From: Candidatus Omnitrophota bacterium | Lineage (GTDB): Bacteria > Omnitrophota > Omnitrophia > Omnitrophales > Aquincolibacteriaceae | NCBI GenBank assembly: GCA_030698625.1 | Contig: JAUYMS010000026.1 | Location: 14,841-78,840 of the forward strand | Length of the DNA stretch: 64,000 nt | Reading direction: 5' to 3' | Part shown: in pieces, positions 1 through 9,661 of the stretch | How positions within the stretch are numbered: the stretch's first letter is position 1 | How the letters are laid out: each line of letters starts with the position of its first letter | Notes under the pieces: model-generated | Told to the model about the DNA's origin: nothing | Databases searched by the model: none | The model's input: the letters and a program-made list of their open reading frames with translations, nothing else | Position numbers and translations under genes: made by a program

Positions 1-345
1 ACCGAGGCTATTGGCTAAAATGTCGTGAATCTGAAAGGAGCGGGTTCCTATCGCAGGCTGAAGAAACTCGACACTAAGCCCTAACAAGATCATGCCCACA
101 GCAAGCTTGTTGTGGTGGACCCGTTTGACGAGTTGCGCAAACCATAGGGTCAGCAAGAAATACGTCGAGACGTGCAGCGTACTATCACAGCGGAGGAAAA
201 GCGGCAAACCCAGAGCGGCCAGGGAGTTGAGAGACCAAGCAATCCCGTTCTTTGATATTGGGGTAACGGCAAAGACAACCATGACTGAAATCAAGGTTAC
301 ACCTAAAGCCAACCATATCTTTGTCAAATTAAGGGGTCTCATATG
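1..345 (-). CDS. VanZ-like family membrane protein. The ATG is at 345..343 and the gene runs off the window edge, so it is 5'-complete and 3'-partial.
   Basis: The minus-strand translation from ATG 345..343 is MRPLNLTKIWLALGVTLISVMVVFAVTPISKNGIAWSL...GLSVEFLQPAIGTRSFQIHDILANSLG. It has hydrophobic transmembrane segments and the VanZ-type E-x-Q...D-x-x-x-N-x-x-G motif. The ORF is open to position 1, which is why it is missing from the ORF track. Confidence 0.5.
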
Positions 346-486
346 AAATTCACGCTCGGGTAAGATTTTTCAAAGCAGATTGTGCATCATAGCGCGTTTC
401 CGCCAAATGGAAAGTGGTATTTCCGGCGGGGCGTCAAGAAGGAAGGTTCTGATAGATTTTCCGAAGGAATGCTATAAAATACTAAC

Positions 487-879
487 ATGGATGATAAGAA
501 GATACAGCTACTGCAATTTCTGGTCTGTAAGGGTTTCAGTGCCCAGAGCAATGACTGCTATACAGGCGAGTCAGTCTTGAGCAATATTTACGTACCCAAA
601 TTTCCCTTCTACTTCGACAATCTCTTCGCAGTGACGTGTTGGCGCAAGGATGAGCGCTTTCACAAGGAAGTGATTCAATACGTCACGGGGTACGGCACAT
701 CAACAAAGAGTCCCCATATGGACATTGAGCCCCTCAGGGATAGCGTCCTTTTTCGGTGGCATAAACATCGCTTCCCCACTAATTTCGCCATCGAAGAGCC
801 CACCCAGCTAACCGTACAGGTCGTTCTCGATTGGGAAGTCAAATTTGAAACCTATATCCTGATCGAAAAGAGACGCTGA
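487..879 (+). CDS. Hypothetical protein of 130 aa with no recognisable domain. It may not be coding.
   Basis: This is the only ORF in the 350-880 gap. It has no Shine-Dalgarno sequence, an aromatic-rich composition, and lies convergent with the neighbouring small lipoprotein ORF. Confidence 0.2.
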   Translation: MDDKKIQLLQFLVCKGFSAQSNDCYTGESVLSNIYVPKFPFYFDNLFAVTCWRKDERFHKEVIQYVTGYGTSTKSPHMDIEPLRDSVLFRWHKHRFPTNFAIEEPTQLTVQVVLDWEVKFETYILIEKRR

Positions 880-1023
880 CTATTCCACAGGCAAGGTTTC
901 CTCTGCGGCCCGTTGGCTGCTAACGTCCTTACGGGAAACGAGATCAAGTTCCTCAAGACCGCTGGCACATCCCGAAAGATAAATAACGGCCGCTAATATT
1001 ATCAATCCTGCTCGCTTTTTCAT
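880..1023 (-). CDS. Small predicted lipoprotein of 47 aa.
   Basis: Hand translation gives MKKRAGLIILAAVIYLSGCASGLEELDLVSRKDVSSQRAAEETLPVE, with a signal peptide and an LSGC lipobox. A GGAGGA Shine-Dalgarno lies 5 nt upstream of the ATG, and the start is 9 nt after the pncB stop. It is below the ORF-track size cutoff. Confidence 0.35.
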   Translation of the reverse strand: MKKRAGLIILAAVIYLSGCASGLEELDLVSRKDVSSQRAAEETLPVE

Positions 1024-1032
1024 GACTTCCTC

Positions 1033-2463
1033 CTAGGCACTTGTATATTCTTTTGATCGCTTCGCAAAAAGCTTCTCTTTCATGCGGAATAATTTCTGGG
1101 TAATTCCGACCCTATAAGTATGCGGGTAATAAAAGCGTTTGTGTTCATCCGGAAGGAGCGCAAGGCGTTCGCGAGCATAAGCACGTGCCTGCTCCACCCC
1201 CTGCCCTTTAAGCAAGAATTTACCGTTCTTCATAACCTGTCTCAGCAGAACCTCCCCCTTCAAACCACGGACCGGGGTTGTCGCGTATTCAAAAAAGGGA
1301 TGAATCACCTTTCCCGGCTTACTCTCGTCTTCCATGCCGATCGCATCTAAAAGAAACTGCTTACTGTCGGAATAAAAACGCCAGGTGCGCTTTCTTCCAG
1401 GTTCGTTCATTTTTTCGAGATTGTCAGAGATCTTAATTTCCGAATGCCCTTCAATCATACACAGTTTATAGACCATGTCCAGAGCAGGCTCGTCATATGC
1501 AGTTGAGAGCTTTGTTCCCACGCCGAACCCGTCGATGCGGGCATTCTGTTTCAACAAGCTCTCAATGATATATTCGTCAAGCGAGCCCGAAGCGAAAATA
1601 AGAATCTCCGGGTAGCCGGCTTCATCAAGGGCCGCACGCAGTTTCTTGCTGAGATAGGCCAGATCGCCGCTGTCGATGCGAACGCCGCGTATCGCAATTC
1701 CCTCACGTCGCAATATTTGCAGCGTTTGCAGAAGGTGCGGTAGACCGCTTTTTAACGTGTTGTAGGTATCGATCAGGAGAACGGTCTTTTCGCGCTGAAT
1801 TCTTGAAAATTCAAGAAACGCCTTCTTCTCATCCCGAATGGCTTGGATCCAGCTGTGTGCCTGTGTCCCAAAAACCGGAACACCATAGATCTGGCCGCAC
1901 ATCACATTCGATGTGCCGTCAACTCCGCCGATGTATGCAGCGCGCGAGGCTGCAATTCCTGCAAGCCCTTGAGCTCGTCTGAGACCGAATTCCAGTACGC
2001 TCCGCCCCTCCGCGGCACGCACGATACGCGAAGCCTTTGTCGCAACCAGCGAAGGAAAATGAACAAAATTGATGAGGAGCGTCTCGGCCAGTTGACATTC
2101 CAGGAGACTCCCTTCAACTCGAAGAAGCGGCTCGCGTGGGAAGACCACCTCACCTTCGATCACGCTCTCGGCAGATAATCGAAACCGAAAACGCTCTAAA
2201 TAAGTGAGAAACGACGGGGCGAAGCCGAGCCGCTTCAGATAGGCCAGATCTTGCCGCTGAAAGCGAAGGCCGGACAAGACACGCAACGCTTCGTCCATGC
2301 CCACTGCCAATAGGTAACCCCCTTTGAAAGGATTACTGCGAAAGAAGAGGTCGAAGACGGCGTGTTGACGATGACGACCGGTCAGGAAATAGCCCTGGGC
2401 CATGGTCAGCTGATATAGATCGGTGTAAAGAGGTGTGAGTTGAGATAATCCCGGGGATTCCAT
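1033..2463 (-). CDS. pncB: Nicotinate phosphoribosyltransferase.
   Basis: 476 aa. The N-terminal LYTDLYQLTMAQGYF motif and the overall NAPRTase layout are present. Confidence 0.8.
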   Translation of the reverse strand: MESPGLSQLTPLYTDLYQLTMAQGYFLTGRHRQHAVFDLFFRSNPFKGGYLLAVGMDEALRVLSGLRFQRQDLAYLKRLGFAPSFLTYLERFRFRLSAESVIEGEVVFPREPLLRVEGSLLECQLAETLLINFVHFPSLVATKASRIVRAAEGRSVLEFGLRRAQGLAGIAASRAAYIGGVDGTSNVMCGQIYGVPVFGTQAHSWIQAIRDEKKAFLEFSRIQREKTVLLIDTYNTLKSGLPHLLQTLQILRREGIAIRGVRIDSGDLAYLSKKLRAALDEAGYPEILIFASGSLDEYIIESLLKQNARIDGFGVGTKLSTAYDEPALDMVYKLCMIEGHSEIKISDNLEKMNEPGRKRTWRFYSDSKQFLLDAIGMEDESKPGKVIHPFFEYATTPVRGLKGEVLLRQVMKNGKFLLKGQGVEQARAYARERLALLPDEHKRFYYPHTYRVGITQKLFRMKEKLFAKRSKEYTSA

Positions 2464-2470
2464 GACGTCT

Positions 2471-2857
2471 CTACCGAACTAACTGCTTTTTGATGAAAGC
2501 CAAAAGGACCTCCCCGCTGACGGGCTTCGTCAGATAGGGATAGCCGTCGATCTTCCGCTTGCCTGCATCGATGTCATCGATGTCATCAGCAACACCCGTA
2601 AAAAATACAATGGGCGTATTTTTGAAGTCCGGATCTTTTTTAAGCTGACTCGCCAACTCCCGGCCCGATAAATCAGGCATCGAGATATCCAGCAGAATAA
2701 TGTCGGGTCGCAAGGCCTTTGCCGACGCCAGCCCCTGAGTCGAGAAATTTACGGGATGCACCTCGCATTCCCAGGCCTCTTCTAAATAGACCTTGGTAAT
2801 GGTCGTATAATCCTGTTCATCGTCTACCATGAGAATCTTGGGTTTAGTCATAAACAT
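2471..2857 (-). CDS. Stand-alone response-regulator receiver (CheY-like).
   Basis: KILMVDDE...DIILLDISMP...receiver motifs. 128 aa, a single domain. Confidence 0.8.
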   Translation of the reverse strand: MFMTKPKILMVDDEQDYTTITKVYLEEAWECEVHPVNFSTQGLASAKALRPDIILLDISMPDLSGRELASQLKKDPDFKNTPIVFFTGVADDIDDIDAGKRKIDGYPYLTKPVSGEVLLAFIKKQLVR

Positions 2858-3676
2858 TCATCGGATTCTTTGGGCTTCCTCTTGAGAATTCCGGTCAATC
2901 GCACCGTGGTTGAGGGGGCCATGTCCTTGACCTAAGTCGAGCCCGGTTCGAATCGCCCGAGTCACATACGCCTTTGCATTCTCGACCGCCTTCGCTAATT
3001 CTTGCCCCTTTGCCAATTCGACCGTTACAGCGGCCGAATACGTACAGCCTGTCCCATGAGTATGCCGTGTGTCAAAATATTCTGAGGAAAACCATAATTC
3101 ACGTCCCTGCCAAAAGAGTAAATCGCGAGAATACTCGCCTTCGAGGTGCCCGCCCTTGATAAGAACGGCCTTTGCCCCTAGATCCGCTATAGCCCGGGCC
3201 GCCTCCGGAAAATCGTCATGGCTTTTGACGGATCTTCCGGAAAGTAACTCGGCTTCCGGCATATTGGGCATTATCACGGCGGCATGCGGCATTAACTTCT
3301 TCACCAGCATCCGCTTCGCATCGTCATCCATAAAAACAACGCCATTCGTACTGGCAATCACCGGATCAATCACCAAAGGAAAAGCGAACCCTTTTGCCAG
3401 TTCGGCGATGACGTCAATAACCTCGGCAGAACCCAATGCCCCCGTCTTGACCGCTTGGGGCGGGATATCTTGGATAACGGTCGCGATCTGTGCCCGGACA
3501 AACTCGGGATCGAGGAATTTGACGCTTTGGACACCCCGAGTATCCTGTACCGTCAAGAGTGTCAGGGCGCCCATCCCAAAAACCCCATGACGCTCGAAGG
3601 TCTTTAGATCTCCTTGGAGTCCCGCTCCCCCCGAAGGATCAGAACCTGCGATCGTAAGCACGGCCAGCTTTTTCAT
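2858..3676 (-). CDS. thiD: Hydroxymethylpyrimidine/phosphomethylpyrimidine kinase.
   Basis: LTIAGSDPSGGAGLQGDLKT...GTGCTYSAAV motifs of the ThiD/PdxK ribokinase-like family. Confidence 0.85.
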   Translation of the reverse strand: MKKLAVLTIAGSDPSGGAGLQGDLKTFERHGVFGMGALTLLTVQDTRGVQSVKFLDPEFVRAQIATVIQDIPPQAVKTGALGSAEVIDVIAELAKGFAFPLVIDPVIASTNGVVFMDDDAKRMLVKKLMPHAAVIMPNMPEAELLSGRSVKSHDDFPEAARAIADLGAKAVLIKGGHLEGEYSRDLLFWQGRELWFSSEYFDTRHTHGTGCTYSAAVTVELAKGQELAKAVENAKAYVTRAIRTGLDLGQGHGPLNHGAIDRNSQEEAQRIR

Positions 3677-3752
3677 AGGCCTGTAGTTTAACCTTGAACG
3701 CTTCTGGCATCCACCTAGAAAAATGAGCTACTTCTGCTATTATGTAGGGCTT

Positions 3753-5714
3753 ATGGACAACGCCTTTGAGTTCAAGTTAGACCGTTTCCAAGAAGAGGCC
3801 ATCAGCCACATTGACCAGGGTCACTCGGTCATCGTGGCTGCGCCTACAGGTGCGGGCAAAACCGTGATTGCAGAGTGGGCCCTAAAACGGGCTTTGGCTG
3901 AAAATCGCACAGTCATCTACACCGCCCCCATCAAAGCACTCAGTAATCAAAAATTTCGCGATTTTCGGGAAGAATACCCAGGTCAGGTGGGTATTGTGAC
4001 CGGTGACGTTTCGCTGAACCCGGATGCACCGATCCTCATCATGACCACTGAGATTTACCGCAACTCTCTCTTCGAAGGATCTGAGCGAATCAAAAAACTC
4101 GGCTGGGTCATTTTTGACGAAATTCACTATCTTGATGACCCTGAGCGAGGCACTGTTTGGGAAGAAGCCCTTATGTTTACCCCTCCGGAGGTTCATATAC
4201 TGGCATTGAGCGCCACCGTACCTAATGTCGACGAGTTGGCCGCATGGATCCGCTCGCTTCATGGGCGGAATATCGTCGTCGTCAAGGAGCATCACCGGCC
4301 CGTGCCGCTGGAGTTCCTTTATCAAGCCCAGGGTAGGATCCTCAGAAGTGTGGACCAGTTAAGCCGAATCGGCTATGAGGGCCGGTCCGATTGGCGTCCG
4401 CGAGGGCACAGGCATCGTGGACGGCATTGGCACCAATCCCACCGCGCAAAACCAAATCGCCTTGATACCATCATCCGCCAAATACTCGACAATAACCAGA
4501 TCCCGTGTATCTATTTCGCATTCAGCCGGCGTAAGACCGAGCACCTCGCCGAAGAAGCATGCTCCTTCGATTTTCTGAACGAAAACGAACAAAATGCGAT
4601 TGAAGCGCTCTACAACAGCCTTCTGGAGCGCCACCAATTGGCAGGAGAAAAATCGGCCGAGATCCTGCGCCCCTTCATTCGAAAGGGCATCGCCTATCAC
4701 CATGCGGGAATGCTCCCCACCCTAAAAGAGGTTGTCGAACAGCTTTTCACGAGCCGCTGCCTAAAGCTCATATTTACGACAGAGACATTCGCTCTGGGCA
4801 TCAACATGCCCGCGCGTGCTGTCATCTTCGACGAATTACAGAAGTACTACGGTACCGGCTTTAAAAACCTTACGACTCGTGATTTTTATCAAATGGCAGG
4901 ACGAGCCGGCAGGCGCGGCATGGATTCGAAAGGCTTCGTTTACATGCGCTTACGACCGCATGACATTACCCTTCAAGAGGTCGAACGTATCGTTTCGGGA
5001 AAGCCGGAGCCTATACGCAGTCAATTGAATGCAACTTACGCCACGCTTCTAAATTTGTACGGCGAACTGGGCCGAAAGCTTGTGTCCATATACCCTCAAA
5101 CTTTTCACCACTTCCAATCGCGGGAGCGCGGTCGCCGTCAAGGTGTGCAGGTTATCGAACAAAAACTGGACTTGCTGAAAGACATGGGCTACATCGATGC
5201 TGAGGGCCTCCTTCCGAAAGGAGAGTTTGCCATGTCCATGTTCGGTTACGAATTAATGCTGGGCGAGATGCAGGCGAACGGAGTCCTAGACGCCCTCAAC
5301 GAAATGGAACTTTGCCTTCTCCTCGTTTGCCTGGTATATGAACCGAGAAAAGGCGCACACCCGCCGCGACTGACCAAGGATATTGCCCGTATTTTAAAAA
5401 CGGCAGAATACTACCATAGCATCGTTCATCGCAAAGAAGCGGCACATCACGTACAACCGTATACTCGTCCGCCTCACGCGAATCTCGGGCCTGCGATATG
5501 GGCCTGGGGTCAGGGCGCAACATTTGACAGGTTGTTTCAGCTAACCGACGTCGACGAAGGCGGACTGGTGCGAAACTTTCGTATGGTTGTACAGCTGCTG
5601 CGGGAATTAAGGCACGCCAAGCACACTTCAGACCGGGTGCGAACCGTGGCGCGACGAGGCCAGAATCTTATCAGCCGCGACGTTATTGACGCGGAACGGC
5701 AATTGAGGGTTTAG
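3753..5714 (+). CDS. Ski2/HelY-like DEAD/DEAH-box (SF2) helicase. The ORF-track start is 3723; ATG 3753 is more likely.
   Basis: Walker A AAPTGAGKT, DEIH box, SAT and QMAGRAGRRG motifs. There is an internal His/Arg-rich low-complexity insert, RPRGHRHRGRHWHQSHR. Confidence 0.8.
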   Translation: MDNAFEFKLDRFQEEAISHIDQGHSVIVAAPTGAGKTVIAEWALKRALAENRTVIYTAPIKALSNQKFRDFREEYPGQVGIVTGDVSLNPDAPILIMTTEIYRNSLFEGSERIKKLGWVIFDEIHYLDDPERGTVWEEALMFTPPEVHILALSATVPNVDELAAWIRSLHGRNIVVVKEHHRPVPLEFLYQAQGRILRSVDQLSRIGYEGRSDWRPRGHRHRGRHWHQSHRAKPNRLDTIIRQILDNNQIPCIYFAFSRRKTEHLAEEACSFDFLNENEQNAIEALYNSLLERHQLAGEKSAEILRPFIRKGIAYHHAGMLPTLKEVVEQLFTSRCLKLIFTTETFALGINMPARAVIFDELQKYYGTGFKNLTTRDFYQMAGRAGRRGMDSKGFVYMRLRPHDITLQEVERIVSGKPEPIRSQLNATYATLLNLYGELGRKLVSIYPQTFHHFQSRERGRRQGVQVIEQKLDLLKDMGYIDAEGLLPKGEFAMSMFGYELMLGEMQANGVLDALNEMELCLLLVCLVYEPRKGAHPPRLTKDIARILKTAEYYHSIVHRKEAAHHVQPYTRPPHANLGPAIWAWGQGATFDRLFQLTDVDEGGLVRNFRMVVQLLRELRHAKHTSDRVRTVARRGQNLISRDVIDAERQLRV

Positions 5715-6943
5715 AAGTAGGTATAGAGCCAGTCGCGTGCCGAGGAGAGCGTCTTTTCAAGCACACCGCGCGATTCGAGGAGCCGCTCATTGTCAGGCGC
5801 ACAGTACGCAAGCCAGTAATACATACCGAGCCCACCGCCGAGGGCCGTGTCCACGAGCAGTTCATGCGGCGCTTCCACTTTGCGCACTTGCCCCAAACGT
5901 GCTTCGCACTCAAACTCCCGGTGTATAAATTCCAGGGCACCCTGCGGTGACACCGGCCCCCCTGTAAAAACATAATGGGGATAAAACAGTTTCTCGTCCC
6001 GTGCAAAACTCTCCGCTTCAGCCATGATCTTGCCCATCCAATCTTTGGCTTGCATGAGAAACTGAACAGAGAATTCCTGCCTCGTAACGGACCGGTTTGT
6101 TTTACCGTTGCGGTCCACTAAAGGAATCAGCTCCTGTTCAAAACCTTTTGGAACCTCATAACCGGCAAACTGCTCTTTGACCCGCCGCGCATCATGAACT
6201 CCGATTTGCCACTGCTCGGCAATGCTTTTCGTTAACTCATGCCCGCCGATGGGAATATAGCGTGACCCGCTAAGATACCCGTTCTTCCACAAAACCAGAT
6301 GGGTCATGTCATCAACGACGTCAACGAACAGTGTGCCCTCTTGCTTTTCCTGATCCGTCAACACGGCTTCCGACTGGACCAGGTTCTTCGGGAAATAACC
6401 CAGCACGTCAATATCAAGCATTTCAAAGGACTTTGAAAGATTCCGGTAATGGTGAAACTCCATCGTAAAGATTTTGAGATTGACGCCCAACCGAACGGCC
6501 TCCAAGGCTAGCGGATTTCTCACATCCGCCATGTCATTGACGAGAAACGACTCGGGAACGGCCTGGAGGACATACTCAGAAAGCGGCAGGGTCGCAACAC
6601 TCTTGGTTTGCTCAATACAGGCGCGCACCTCATGAGATGTGATGGAACGCCTTTGTCCGTTGTAATATTGTGAACTGGTAAAAGTGTAGGTCTTAAGTTT
6701 AGCATTACCCAAAACAACATGCGCACGCAACTCCCCGCTGGGGCGCGGGCACCCGACAGATTCGATAAGCGATTCGATGGACTGGCATGCGTCTTCCAGG
6801 TTCGTGACCAAACCCCCTTCAAAACCCTGCGGGTTAATACAATCTTTATACCGCAATACCTGCGGGCGGCCGTCCTCAACTTGGCCGATAAAGCAGGCTA
6901 TCCGGCGCGTTCCAATATAGAATACGATATCTTGAGTCGCCAT
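5711..6943 (-). CDS. ftsA: Cell division protein FtsA, an actin-like ATPase fold with divergent nucleotide-binding motifs.
   Basis: Collinear with E. coli FtsA (VVLGNAKLKTY..., QAVPESFLVNDMADVRNPLALEAVRLGVNLKIFT, YIPIGGHELTKSIA). The phosphate-2 DIGGGT motif reads DVVDDM. It is the last gene of the dcw cluster. Confidence 0.75.
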   Translation of the reverse strand: MATQDIVFYIGTRRIACFIGQVEDGRPQVLRYKDCINPQGFEGGLVTNLEDACQSIESLIESVGCPRPSGELRAHVVLGNAKLKTYTFTSSQYYNGQRRSITSHEVRACIEQTKSVATLPLSEYVLQAVPESFLVNDMADVRNPLALEAVRLGVNLKIFTMEFHHYRNLSKSFEMLDIDVLGYFPKNLVQSEAVLTDQEKQEGTLFVDVVDDMTHLVLWKNGYLSGSRYIPIGGHELTKSIAEQWQIGVHDARRVKEQFAGYEVPKGFEQELIPLVDRNGKTNRSVTRQEFSVQFLMQAKDWMGKIMAEAESFARDEKLFYPHYVFTGGPVSPQGALEFIHREFECEARLGQVRKVEAPHELLVDTALGGGLGMYYWLAYCAPDNERLLESRGVLEKTLSSARDWLYTYF

Positions 6944-6959
6944 TGTGTCGCGAAACCCC

Positions 6960-7775
6960 TTACCCTCGTCTGCGTTTTACGATTACGTCGTCAAACTGAA
7001 GATCAATATATTCGATGGTGTTGCGGCCCGGACCTTCCAGGAGTGAAAAAATCTTTTCCAACGCCTCGATCCGTTCATCGGGGCGAGGCCCCAGGAGGAC
7101 TTCAGGTCCTCCGTTCAGTGTGACTGCAATATTGCCTAAATGATCAATGCGGATGTTGGTAATAGTCTCGGTTTGGGCCATGGAGTGTTTCCAATACTTC
7201 TTGATAAAGTCGACTGCCTCAAAATAGGCGCTGTCCCGCACTCTCTTGCCAACGCGAGGCTGCTTTAAGCTGGTTCCAAAAGCGTCGATGGCGACGAGGG
7301 GGGCGCTCTTCTTGAGAACAACATCTAGAATCATGCCGTCTTCGGCGATAAGTCCATAGCGCCCCTGTGGAGTGAAACGAATATAAGCGACGGGGCCTCT
7401 CGTCTCCACTTCTACCTTCAAGGTGGAAGGAACTTGGCGGGTGACACGCGCTCGCCGAATGAGCGGATCGGTTTCCAATCGCTTCGCCACTCGCGTCAAA
7501 TCAACCATGAGGATATTCTCCCCTAGTAATTCCGTATGCAGCTGCTTGCTCTGTCCCGCGGATAATACACCGGCCGGCTCAATGATAACTCGATCAACGG
7601 CAAGGGCGTTATCGGCATAGAGCGCTTCGCGAACGCCCAGGAGAAGGCCGACCAAGAGAACCGCCGTCACCACGGTAGGAAAGAGTTTCCGAAGCAACGC
7701 GAATAGATTGATAAAGGCCGACTCTATGGCTTTGAGGAGACCTCCTCGGCGACCTCGTTTACGCCTTCTAGCCAT
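6960..7775 (-). CDS. ftsQ: Cell division protein FtsQ/DivIB.
   Basis: Basic N-terminus, a single transmembrane helix, then a POTRA-like periplasmic domain. It sits between ddl and ftsA. Confidence 0.7.
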   Translation of the reverse strand: MARRRKRGRRGGLLKAIESAFINLFALLRKLFPTVVTAVLLVGLLLGVREALYADNALAVDRVIIEPAGVLSAGQSKQLHTELLGENILMVDLTRVAKRLETDPLIRRARVTRQVPSTLKVEVETRGPVAYIRFTPQGRYGLIAEDGMILDVVLKKSAPLVAIDAFGTSLKQPRVGKRVRDSAYFEAVDFIKKYWKHSMAQTETITNIRIDHLGNIAVTLNGGPEVLLGPRPDERIEALEKIFSLLEGPGRNTIEYIDLQFDDVIVKRRRG

Positions 7776-8754
7776 TCTTATTTCCTCCTCGCGCCGTCTT
7801 TGGCTTCAGGCGACGGCGGTTCGCGTAGCTAAGTAGTTCACAGCACAAAGATTCGAATGAGTATCCTGCGGACCGTGCAGCTTTGGGTAATAGACTCAAT
7901 TCCGTAAACCCGGGTATCGCGTTGACCTCAAGCACATAGGGCCGCCCCTCTGCATCAGCCATAATATCCACCCGCGAAAGATCCCGCAGGCCTAGGGCCG
8001 AGTGCGCTGCTAAGGCAAGCCGCTGAAGCTTGTTTGCAAACCTCATCGGAATCGGCGCCGGAACCAAATACCGGCAAAGACCTCGAGTGTATTTAGCGCG
8101 ATAGTCGTAAAACTCGCGCTTGGGCCTCAACTCGATAACGGGTAAGGCTTGCTTCCCAAGAATACCAACAGTGTACTCCCGGCCTGTAATCTTCCTCTCC
8201 GCAAGGATACGGCCGTACTTTGCCACGGAACGGCTCAATCTTCTACAACTCTTACGGTAATCTTTAACACAGTAAATACCAAGGCTGGATCCGCAAGCTA
8301 TCGGCTTTACAAAAAACGGGGCAGGAAACCGTCCCAACTTAGAACGCCAATTACCCGCGTGAACCACTATCGACTCGGGCGTCGGAATCCCCTTACGGCG
8401 AAAGCGCCGTTTCGCATCCACTTTATTATAGGTATCTCTGCAGCCGGCAACGCCCGATCCCGTATACGGAATATGCTTACGTTCCAAGAACCTCTGCATG
8501 ACGCCATCTTCGCCGCCATCTCCATGGAGTGCGACAAAGGCGAGATCAATCTCGGTAAGCGCGCTATTAAATTTCTTAGCATCCCTCGGATCAAGGGTTT
8601 TTGTGTAAAATCCAACTCGTTGAAGAGCCTGGGCTACAGCTTTTCCCGACCGAAGCGAGATTCCTCTTTCCGGCGAACTTCCGCCGCACAATACACCTAT
8701 CTTAAGATCCTTGGATAAACCGGACCTCCGGCTCAAGCGATATGCCGGTTTCAT
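7768..8754 (-). CDS. ddl: D-alanine--D-alanine ligase. The true start is probably downstream of the ORF-track start.
   Basis: KIGVLCGGSSPERGISLRSG N-terminal motif and an ATP-grasp C-terminal half. Confidence 0.85.
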   Translation of the reverse strand: MKPAYRLSRRSGLSKDLKIGVLCGGSSPERGISLRSGKAVAQALQRVGFYTKTLDPRDAKKFNSALTEIDLAFVALHGDGGEDGVMQRFLERKHIPYTGSGVAGCRDTYNKVDAKRRFRRKGIPTPESIVVHAGNWRSKLGRFPAPFFVKPIACGSSLGIYCVKDYRKSCRRLSRSVAKYGRILAERKITGREYTVGILGKQALPVIELRPKREFYDYRAKYTRGLCRYLVPAPIPMRFANKLQRLALAAHSALGLRDLSRVDIMADAEGRPYVLEVNAIPGFTELSLLPKAARSAGYSFESLCCELLSYANRRRLKPKTARGGNKNG

Positions 8755-9661
8755 GTAAAACCTTCCTCTGAACCTCGCGCATCAGCTGCTCAAAATCATG
8801 CGCAGTTCCCTTCCCAAGATTAACAAAGAAATTTCCATGCATCGGAGAGACTTCGATCGCGCCCACTCTCAATCCCTTAAGGCCTGCGAGTTCGATCAGA
8901 ATCCCGGCGGTCGGTTTCCCCCCGCCGGGATTCTTGAATACGGAGCCTGAACTGGGATATCGAACATCTTGCGCCCGATTGCGATATTCAAAATTTGCGC
9001 TGATTTCCTTCGCGATCACCGACGGGTGACGCCGCCACAACCGGAACGTCACTTCCAGAACGATAAAGTCGCCGATATTACTCGAACGGTACCCGAAATG
9101 AAGCCTGTCTCGACCCCAAACTTGTGTTCTGCCGTCACATCCGATGACCTTGACGGATTCCACCAAATCTCCGGTTTCATTGATTTGCCCGTGAAAACGG
9201 CTGTATCCCGCATTCATCACAACGGAGCCGCCCACTGTGCCGGGGACGCTGGCAAGGAACTCAAGTCCTCCAACGCCGAGGTCTCGAGCCGCCAGAGCAA
9301 GCTGATGCAAAGCGACGCCACTGGAGGCGGTCAATAGGGGCTTGTGGGGATGGAGTTCGATACGATCCTTGTCAAAATGTATCAGACAAACGACCAGGCC
9401 ATGAAATCGATCATCGGAGAAAATAACGTTCGAGCCCTTCCCTAAAACCTGTACCCGCAGATCCCGTTCACGCGCAAAAGCAAGCGCTGAGGTCAAATCC
9501 TTCTCTGTTTTAGGAAGCGCAAAATATTCCGCAACTCCACCGACATGCATGGTGGAGTATGCCGCAAGCTTGATGTTACGCTGTAGTAAGCTGGATTCGG
9601 CTTGCAAATTCATCCGCGCATTCTCCGATATTTCCTGCCCCGATAAAGGCAATGACGCCAT
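8702..9661 (-). CDS. murB: UDP-N-acetylenolpyruvoylglucosamine reductase. The start is probably ATG 9613.
   Basis: FAD-binding N-terminus YSTMHVGGVAEYF...VLGKGSNV and the MurB C-terminal domain. Confidence 0.85.
   Translation of the reverse strand: MASLPLSGQEISENARMNLQAESSLLQRNIKLAAYSTMHVGGVAEYFALPKTEKDLTSALAFARERDLRVQVLGKGSNVIFSDDRFHGLVVCLIHFDKDRIELHPHKPLLTASSGVALHQLALAARDLGVGGLEFLASVPGTVGGSVVMNAGYSRFHGQINETGDLVESVKVIGCDGRTQVWGRDRLHFGYRSSNIGDFIVLEVTFRLWRRHPSVIAKEISANFEYRNRAQDVRYPSSGSVFKNPGGGKPTAGILIELAGLKGLRVGAIEVSPMHGNFFVNLGKGTAHDFEQLMREVQRKVLHETGISLEPEVRFIQGS

Noticed and set aside
2945-2954. GGTTCGAATC, a tRNA T-loop-like motif.
   Set aside because: It lies inside the well-supported thiD coding sequence, with no flanking acceptor or anticodon stem structure. 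It is a coincidental match.
3069-3590. 173-aa plus-strand ORF antisense to thiD.
   Set aside because: It is a shadow ORF in a GC-rich coding region. Its Ser/Ala/Pro-rich low-complexity translation is typical of antisense frames.
3882-4703. Minus-strand ORFs of 147 and 114 aa inside the helicase gene.
   Set aside because: These are antisense shadow ORFs of a gene with clear helicase motifs. They have no domains or start signals.
8149-8718. 189-aa plus-strand ORF antisense to ddl, and similar antisense ORFs across the dcw genes (for example 13911..14519 and 9976..10311).
   Set aside because: All are opposite to genes with unambiguous Mur/Ddl motifs, so they are shadow ORFs.
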